Origin: an uncultured Frankiales bacterium
GTDB lineage: Bacteria > Actinomycetota > Actinomycetes > Mycobacteriales > SCTD01
DNA: 57,194 nt
Direction: 5' to 3'
Assembly: GCA_966212015.1 (NCBI GenBank)
Contig: CBIHPE010000001.1
Coordinates: forward strand, 1-57,194
Part shown: positions 51,626 through 57,194 of the stretch, piece after piece
Numbering within the stretch: the stretch's first letter is position 1
Layout: each line of letters starts with the position of its first letter
Position numbers and translations under genes: made by a program
Notes under the pieces: model-generated
The model's database searches: none
Seen by the model: only the letters and a program-made list of their open reading frames with translations
What the model was told of the DNA's origin: nothing

Positions 51626-53068
51626 GTGCCCCAGAACCAGCTGAAGCGGTGCGTCGGCCCGCCCCCGCTGCGGCAGATCGAGGACCCGCAGTCGCCGCCC
51701 TGCATCGCCTACTGGAACGGCGACAACGGCGGTGCCACGTCCAAAGGCGTGACGAAGGACGCGGTCTACGTCGCGGTGCCCACGCCCGAGAACGCGAAGG
51801 ACCAGTACGACGCGCTGTTCGCGTTCTTCAACGCGCGGTTCCAGCTCTACGGGCGCAAGCTCGTCCCTAACTACTGCGACACCACGGCATCCGGCAGCAG
51901 CGACCAGGCGACGCAGGTCTCGGACGCAGCGACCAACGCCTCCGGGTGCAACGGCAAGTACCACGTGCCCTTCATCTCGACGATGTACCGCACGGCCAAC
52001 GGGCCCTACTACATGCCGGAGATGGGCTGCCGCTACAAGGTCATCGCGGTCGGCTCCTACTCGCCCTACGACAGCAAGCAGCTGGGCAAGTGCCCGGGCT
52101 ACGAGTACCAGTACCCGATGCTCGTCGACGACGAGTTCGCCAACATCGGCGAGTGGATGTGCAAGCGGCTCGCGGGCAGGAAGGCGGAGTACGTCTCCGG
52201 CAACGACGGCTCGACGCCGGGCAAGCCGCTCAGCTCGCTGACCCGAAGGTTCGGGATCCTCATCGAGCCCTTCACCGACGACGACCCGGTCATGCGGCGC
52301 AGCGCGTTCAACCCGATGACGTCGCGGTTGCGCGCCTGCGGAGCCGATGCCCCGGCGAAGGACCAGATCCTCAACCCCGTCGTCGGCGAGTTCGACGCAG
52401 CGTCGGCCCAGAACACCATGCTGCAGCTGAAGAACGACGGCGTCACCTCCGTCGTCTGCATGTGCAACTTCTTCAGCTTCGGCACGCTGGCCCGGGCGGC
52501 GTCGACCAACGCCTACCACCCTGAGTGGATCAGCTCGACCTTCGGCCTCAACGACGTCAACAGCTCGTTCTTCCTCGGGGCGGCGCCGACGGACCAGATG
52601 CAGCACCTGTTCGGCGTCACCTTCCAGCCGCCCCTGGTCCGCCCCCTGCTCAACCCCTACAACATCGCCGTGCACGAGGGGAACCCGGCACAGGGCGGCG
52701 ACACGACCAGCTTCGTCGAGGCCAAGCTCGAGATCTACCGCGCGCTGCTGGTGATCGCCTCCGGCATCCAGATGGCCGGCCCGAAGCTGACCCCGAAGAC
52801 CTTCCAGCAGGGGCTCGAGAAGACCACGTTCCCGAACCCCGACACCGAGACGCACGCCGGCCATGTCGGCTTCAAGCCCAACACCTACTCGATGACCGAC
52901 GACGGCGCCGAGTGGTACTGGTCCACGACCGCCCGCGGCCCGTTCACCGACAGCGACAGCCACCCCGGAACGGTCTGCTACCTCAACGACTTCCGGCGCT
53001 ACACCCTCGGCAACTGGCCCACCGGCAAGGGTCCGTTCTTCACCGGCACCTGCAAGTCGTCGCCGTGA
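51626..53068 (+). CDS. Cys-rich type-1 periplasmic-binding-fold (LivJ-like) protein lacking its own signal peptide
   Basis: First ATG/GTG/TTG after the TGA is GTG 51626. The frame is open from 51539 and encodes a Pro/Ser/Thr/Gly linker. 12 Cys. PBP1-like start GVTKDAVYVAVP. Confidence 0.75.
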   Translation: MPQNQLKRCVGPPPLRQIEDPQSPPCIAYWNGDNGGATSKGVTKDAVYVAVPTPENAKDQYDALFAFFNARFQLYGRKLVPNYCDTTASGSSDQATQVSDAATNASGCNGKYHVPFISTMYRTANGPYYMPEMGCRYKVIAVGSYSPYDSKQLGKCPGYEYQYPMLVDDEFANIGEWMCKRLAGRKAEYVSGNDGSTPGKPLSSLTRRFGILIEPFTDDDPVMRRSAFNPMTSRLRACGADAPAKDQILNPVVGEFDAASAQNTMLQLKNDGVTSVVCMCNFFSFGTLARAASTNAYHPEWISSTFGLNDVNSSFFLGAAPTDQMQHLFGVTFQPPLVRPLLNPYNIAVHEGNPAQGGDTTSFVEAKLEIYRALLVIASGIQMAGPKLTPKTFQQGLEKTTFPNPDTETHAGHVGFKPNTYSMTDDGAEWYWSTTARGPFTDSDSHPGTVCYLNDFRRYTLGNWPTGKGPFFTGTCKSSP

Positions 53069-54288
53069 GCCAGGACGTGAGAGAGCTCGGCTTCGACCCC
53101 GAGCGGCTGGCCCGCATCGACAAGCTGCTCGCCGGCTACGTCGATGACGGCAAGCTGGCGGGCTGGCAGGTCGCGATCACCCGCAAGGGCCAGGTGGTGC
53201 ACGACGCCGGCTACGGCTGGCGCGACCGCGAGGCCGGCAAGCCCGTCGAGAGCGACACCCTGTGGCGGATCGCGTCGATGACGAAGCCGATCACCTCGGT
53301 GACGGCGATGACCCTCTGGGAGGAGGGCGTCTTCGACCTCAACGAGCCGGTCAGCACGTGGATCCCGTCGTTCGCGGACGCGCGGGTCTACACCGGCGGT
53401 GTCGGCCGCACGATGCAGACGAAGCCGGCCACCGAGCCGGTGCGGGTCTGGCACCTGCTCTCGCACACCTCCGGCATGACGGCCGGGTTCCTGCGCAGCT
53501 CGCACGTCGACCAGCTCTACCGCGACGCGGGCTACGAGTTCGGCGCGCCGGCAGGGCACGACCTCGCGGCATGCGTCGACGACTGGGCCCGGCTGCCGCT
53601 GCTGTTCAACCCCGGGAGTGCCTGGGGCTACGGCGTCTCGACCGACGTCGTCGGCCGGCTCATCGAGATCTGGACCGGCCAGCGCCTCGACCAGGCCTTC
53701 GCGAACCGGGTGCTCGAGCCGCTCGGGATGAAGGACACCTGCTGGTGGGTCGGGGACGCGCGCGCAGATCGGCTCGCGGCGCTCTACGTCCCCGATGACG
53801 ACTTCCAGGCCGTGCGCTACGAGCTCAGCGACCACGTGGGGCGCAGCGAGCCGACGATCCACTCCGGTGGTGGCGGGCTCATCAGCACGATGCCGGACTA
53901 CCTCCGCTTCACGCAGATGCTCAACGGCGACGGCGAGCTCGAGGGCACCCGCATCCTGTCGCCGCGCACGCTGCGGCTGATGCGCTCCAACCACCTGGTC
54001 GGCGACCTCGACGACAACCGCGCCGACGGCTTCGCCGAGACGACGTTCCCGGGCGTCGGCTTCGGTCTCGGCTTCGCTGTCCTCGAGGACCCGCTGCTGA
54101 TGCACTCCGTCGCCAACAAGGGCGAGTACTTCTGGGGCGGCATCTACGGGACGACCTTCTGGTGCGACCCGGTCGACGACCTGTCGTGCGTCTTCATGAC
54201 GCAGCTGCTGCCGTCCGACATGCACCCGATCCGCGCTCAGCTGCGGCAGCTCGTCTACAGCGCGCTCATCGACAGGAGACCCGCGTGA
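53065..54288 (+). CDS. Beta-lactamase-family serine hydrolase (paralog 1, no signal peptide)
   Basis: 407 aa from GTG 53065 (GTGA overlap). SxxK motif IASMTKPIT. Class-C/EstB-like. Confidence 0.85.
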   Translation: MSQDVRELGFDPERLARIDKLLAGYVDDGKLAGWQVAITRKGQVVHDAGYGWRDREAGKPVESDTLWRIASMTKPITSVTAMTLWEEGVFDLNEPVSTWIPSFADARVYTGGVGRTMQTKPATEPVRVWHLLSHTSGMTAGFLRSSHVDQLYRDAGYEFGAPAGHDLAACVDDWARLPLLFNPGSAWGYGVSTDVVGRLIEIWTGQRLDQAFANRVLEPLGMKDTCWWVGDARADRLAALYVPDDDFQAVRYELSDHVGRSEPTIHSGGGGLISTMPDYLRFTQMLNGDGELEGTRILSPRTLRLMRSNHLVGDLDDNRADGFAETTFPGVGFGLGFAVLEDPLLMHSVANKGEYFWGGIYGTTFWCDPVDDLSCVFMTQLLPSDMHPIRAQLRQLVYSALIDRRPA

Positions 54289-55472
54289 GCGGCTTCACGC
54301 CAGCGGGTCTCGCCCGGCTCGACAAGCAGCTGGCCAAGCACGTCGACGAGGGTCGCCTCGCCGGCTGGCAGGTCGCGGTCACCCAGCACGACGAGGTGGC
54401 CCACGACGCCGCCTACGGCTGGCGCGATCGCGAGGCCGGGCTGGCCGTCGAGAGCGACACGATCTGGCGCATCGCGTCGATGACCAAGCCGATCACCTCC
54501 GTCGCCGCCATGACGCTGTGGGAGGAGGGGGCGTTCGACCTCAACGACCCGATCAGCCGGTGGCTGCCCGAGTTCTCCGACATGCGCGTCTACACCGGCG
54601 GCATCGGGCGCACCCTCACGACAGTGCCTGCGACCGAGCCGATCCGGGTGTGGCACCTGCTGACCCACACGTCCGGGCTCTCCGCCGGGTTCATGCGCGT
54701 CTCCCACGTCGACGAGCTCTACCGCGACGCCGGGTACGACCTGGGCTCGCCGGCGCAGAACGACAGCCTCGCCGAGTGCGTCACCGACTGGGCCGGTCTG
54801 CCGCTGCGGTTCCAGCCCGGCACGGCCTGGGGGTACGGCGTCAGCCACGACGTCCTTGGCCGGCTCGTCGAGATCTGGTCCGGCCAGACCCTCGACGTCG
54901 CCTTCCGCAACCGCGTGCTCGGGCCGCTCGGCATGACGGACACGACCTTCTGGTGCGACCCGTCCCGCGCCGACCGTCTGGCCGCGCTCTACCAGCCCGG
55001 CGACGGCGACCTGGCCGTCCGCGGCGAGTGGCCCGACAGCCCCACCATGCCGAAGGTCCTGTCCGGGGGCGGGGGCCTCTACAGCACCCTCGCCGACTAC
55101 ACCCGGTTCACGCGCATGCTCGCGAACGGGGGTGAGCTCGAGGGCACGCGAGTCCTCGCCCCCCGCACCGTCGACCTGATGCGCTCCAACCACCTCAAGA
55201 GCGACCTCGGGCAGCTGTCCACCGGCGGCTTCGCCGAGACCAGCTTCGACGGCATGGGCTTCGGCCTCGGCTTCGCCGTCGTCCTCGACCCGCTGAGGAC
55301 GCACAGCATCGCCCGACCCGGCGAGTTCAACTGGGGCGGCATCTTCAGCACCTGCTTCTGGGTCGATCCGGTCGAGGAGCTGAGCTGCGTCTTCATGACT
55401 CAGCTCATGCCGTCCAGCACGCATCCGCTGCGACAGCAGCTGCGCCAGCTGGTCTACAGCGCCGTCGCCTAG
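54285..55472 (+). CDS. Beta-lactamase-family serine hydrolase (paralog 2, no signal peptide)
   Basis: 395 aa from GTG 54285 (GTGA overlap). Long stretches identical to paralog 1 (YGWRDREAG, WRIASMTKPITSV, MTLWEEG). Confidence 0.85.
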   Translation: MSGFTPAGLARLDKQLAKHVDEGRLAGWQVAVTQHDEVAHDAAYGWRDREAGLAVESDTIWRIASMTKPITSVAAMTLWEEGAFDLNDPISRWLPEFSDMRVYTGGIGRTLTTVPATEPIRVWHLLTHTSGLSAGFMRVSHVDELYRDAGYDLGSPAQNDSLAECVTDWAGLPLRFQPGTAWGYGVSHDVLGRLVEIWSGQTLDVAFRNRVLGPLGMTDTTFWCDPSRADRLAALYQPGDGDLAVRGEWPDSPTMPKVLSGGGGLYSTLADYTRFTRMLANGGELEGTRVLAPRTVDLMRSNHLKSDLGQLSTGGFAETSFDGMGFGLGFAVVLDPLRTHSIARPGEFNWGGIFSTCFWVDPVEELSCVFMTQLMPSSTHPLRQQLRQLVYSAVA

Positions 55473-55498
55473 TCAGATCGGGTCATCTTTCGATCTGA
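55473..55498 (+). terminator. Hairpin TCAGATCG-N10-CGATCTGA immediately after the operon's last stop
   Basis: Perfect 8-bp stem starting 1 nt after TAG (55470-55472). AT-richer than its surroundings. No clear U-tract. Confidence 0.35.
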
Positions 55499-55582
55499 GT
55501 CGGGATGTCCATGGTTCGACCGACATCGGTGTGGTGATCTTTGGGCACTCGAGTCCCAGACGCCCGATGAGGGGTGATCGCG

Positions 55583-57194
55583 ATGCGCATCACACATCGT
55601 CCCCCCTGGCGCCTCGCCGCACTGACCGCCGCTGCGGTCGCCGCAGCGGGAGCGGTCACCGCCTCGGCGCGCCCTGCTCCACCGCCGCCGCTCTCGCCGG
55701 TGATCGTGCAGGCGCCCAGCACCGCCCTTGCCCGCAGTGCTGTCCAGTCGGTCATCACGCTGGCGGGTGGCGTCGGCAGCATCGGCTTCGACCTGCCGCT
55801 GGTGAACGGTGTCGTCGCCAACCTCACCGCCGTCGAGATCGGCCAGCTCACGTCGTACGTCGTGACCCCCGACGCGACCGTGCTCACGGCCGGCAAGCCG
55901 AGCCCGGCGCCGTCCCCCACCCGGCAGCTCGACAACGTCTTCCCGCAGGTGACCGGCGCGACCGGGGTCATCGCGAACGGGAACAGCGGGCAGGGCGTCG
56001 GCGTCGCGGTGCTCGACACCGGCATCGCGCCGCTCGCCGACTTCGCCGGGCGGTTGCGCACCGGCGTCGACCTGTCGGGTGAGGGCAACGCCCAGCTCGA
56101 CAGCTACGGCCACGGCACCTTCGTCGCCGGCCTGGTCGCCGGCAGCGGGGCGTCGAGCGGCGGGACCTACCTGGGAGAGGCACCCGGGGCGACGCTCGTA
56201 CCGGTGAAGGTCGCCGGCAAGTCGGGCAGCACGACGCTGTCGACCGTGATCCGCGGACTGCAGTGGATCCAGGCCAACACGACCGATGGCATCCGCGTCA
56301 TCAACATGTCCATCGGCGCCATCCCGACGACGTCGACCGCGCTGAACCCGCTCGACCAGGCCGTCGAGACGATGTGGCGCAGCGGCTTCGTCGTGGTGAC
56401 GTCGGCCGGCAACAACGGCCCGAACAAGGGGACCATCACCTCACCCGGTGACGACCCGCTGGTCGTCACGGTCGGCGCCTTGGACGACAAGGACACTGTC
56501 GCGACGACGGACGACGCGGTGCCGTCGTTCAGCAGCCAGGGCCCGACGGCCTGGGACGGCTGGTGGAAGCCCGACCTGCTGGCCCCCGGCAAGTCCGTCG
56601 TCAGCGTCACCTCGACCACGTCGGTGATCTGGAACGCGAACAAGTCGGCGCGGGTCGGCACGAGAAACTTCGTCGGGTCCGGTACCTCGTTCGCGACTGC
56701 TGTCGTCAGCGGCGCGGCCGCCATGCTGCTGCGCGAGAACCCGCTCGCAACACCCGACAACGTCAAGGCTGCGCTGCTCACCACGACCAACGCCGGGCCC
56801 AGCCCTCCGCAGTCGCCGTTCGTCCAGGGCCACGGCGTCCTCGACGTCGGCAAGGCCGTCGACGAGCCCCTGATCGGCATGACGCAAGACGTCAGCGCGA
56901 TCGTCCCGCCGGCCGCGCTCAACACCCCGATCTCGCTTCTGTCGCGCCAGGTCGTCTCGACCTGGGCGACGGTCAGCCCGTCCGAGCAGCTGCTCTACCC
57001 GGCGCTCTACCCGTTCCCGTACTCCGGTGACGCGACCACATCGACGGACAACGGCTCGCCGCTCTTCCAGTCGTCGGCGTGGAACAGCAGTGCGTGGAAC
57101 TCGTCGGCCTGGAACTCGAGCGCGTGGAACAGCAGCGCCTGGAACTCGTCGGCCTGGAACTCGAGCGCGTGGAACAGCAGCGCCTGGAACTCGT
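55583..57194 (+). CDS. Secreted S8 (subtilisin-like) serine peptidase with a C-terminal SSAWN repeat array (3' end outside the window)
   Basis: ATG 55583, preceded by GAGGGG. Signal peptide. I9-like propeptide. Catalytic D (AVLDTGI), H (HGTFVAG), S (GSGTSFATA). The frame is open to the window end. Confidence 0.9.
   Translation, partial: MRITHRPPWRLAALTAAAVAAAGAVTASARPAPPPPLSPVIVQAPSTALARSAVQSVITLAGGVGSIGFDLPLVNGVVANLTAVEIGQLTSYVVTPDATVLTAGKPSPAPSPTRQLDNVFPQVTGATGVIANGNSGQGVGVAVLDTGIAPLADFAGRLRTGVDLSGEGNAQLDSYGHGTFVAGLVAGSGASSGGTYLGEAPGATLVPVKVAGKSGSTTLSTVIRGLQWIQANTTDGIRVINMSIGAIPTTSTALNPLDQAVETMWRSGFVVVTSAGNNGPNKGTITSPGDDPLVVTVGALDDKDTVATTDDAVPSFSSQGPTAWDGWWKPDLLAPGKSVVSVTSTTSVIWNANKSARVGTRNFVGSGTSFATAVVSGAAAMLLRENPLATPDNVKAALLTTTNAGPSPPQSPFVQGHGVLDVGKAVDEPLIGMTQDVSAIVPPAALNTPISLLSRQVVSTWATVSPSEQLLYPALYPFPYSGDATTSTDNGSPLFQSSAWNSSAWNSSAWNSSAWNSSAWNSSAWNSSAWNSSAWNS
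57071..57194 (+). repeat. 15-bp (SSAWN) tandem repeat with an exact 45-bp higher-order unit
   Basis: Eight SSAWN pentapeptide units. 57101-57145 and 57146-57190 are identical 45-mers. The array continues to the last base of the window. Confidence 0.95.

Overview
This is a very GC-rich, densely coding chromosomal segment. Codon bias, lipoboxes and gene content look actinobacterial. I support about 48 protein-coding genes and found no rRNA, tRNA, CRISPR array, transposase or integrase. Left to right: a small HExxH metallohydrolase, fprA, an OmpR-type two-component pair, a secreted GH25 muramidase with LGFP repeats, a Tat-lipoprotein serpin, an acyl-ACP desaturase, ppc, and a run of small housekeeping or accessory genes (CysK-family PLP enzyme, GNAT, DapB-like dehydrogenase, ArsR-SRPBCC pair). 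Next come two tandem paralogous beta-propeller lipoproteins, then an icmF-marR operon divergent from acyl-CoA dehydrogenase and 3-hydroxybutyryl-CoA dehydrogenase genes. A mixed island follows (three alpha/beta hydrolases, an orphan solute-binding lipoprotein, a PfkB kinase, a GlcD-like FAD oxidase, two PucR-type regulators). After that, two HAAT (Liv-type) ABC systems point away from each other, each with a TetR regulator. The minus-strand system (31786-39306) is conventional but carries two extra translationally coupled envelope proteins. The plus-strand system (41241-55472) is the most unusual part of the window. It has a 1307-aa single-polypeptide permease-permease-ATPase-ATPase fusion, followed without real gaps by MoxR, DUF58, a transglutaminase-like membrane protein whose catalytic triad looks lost, a lipoprotein, and a signal-anchor ORF separated by one in-frame TGA (plus a downstream hairpin) from a Cys-rich solute-binding-like domain. 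Two paralogous cytoplasmic beta-lactamase-fold hydrolases close the operon. The window ends inside an S8 peptidase gene, in a perfect SSAWN pentapeptide repeat array. Many long ORFs in the six-frame track are Arg/Pro/Gly-rich shadow frames and were rejected. All functional calls come from motif recognition by eye; no searches were run.
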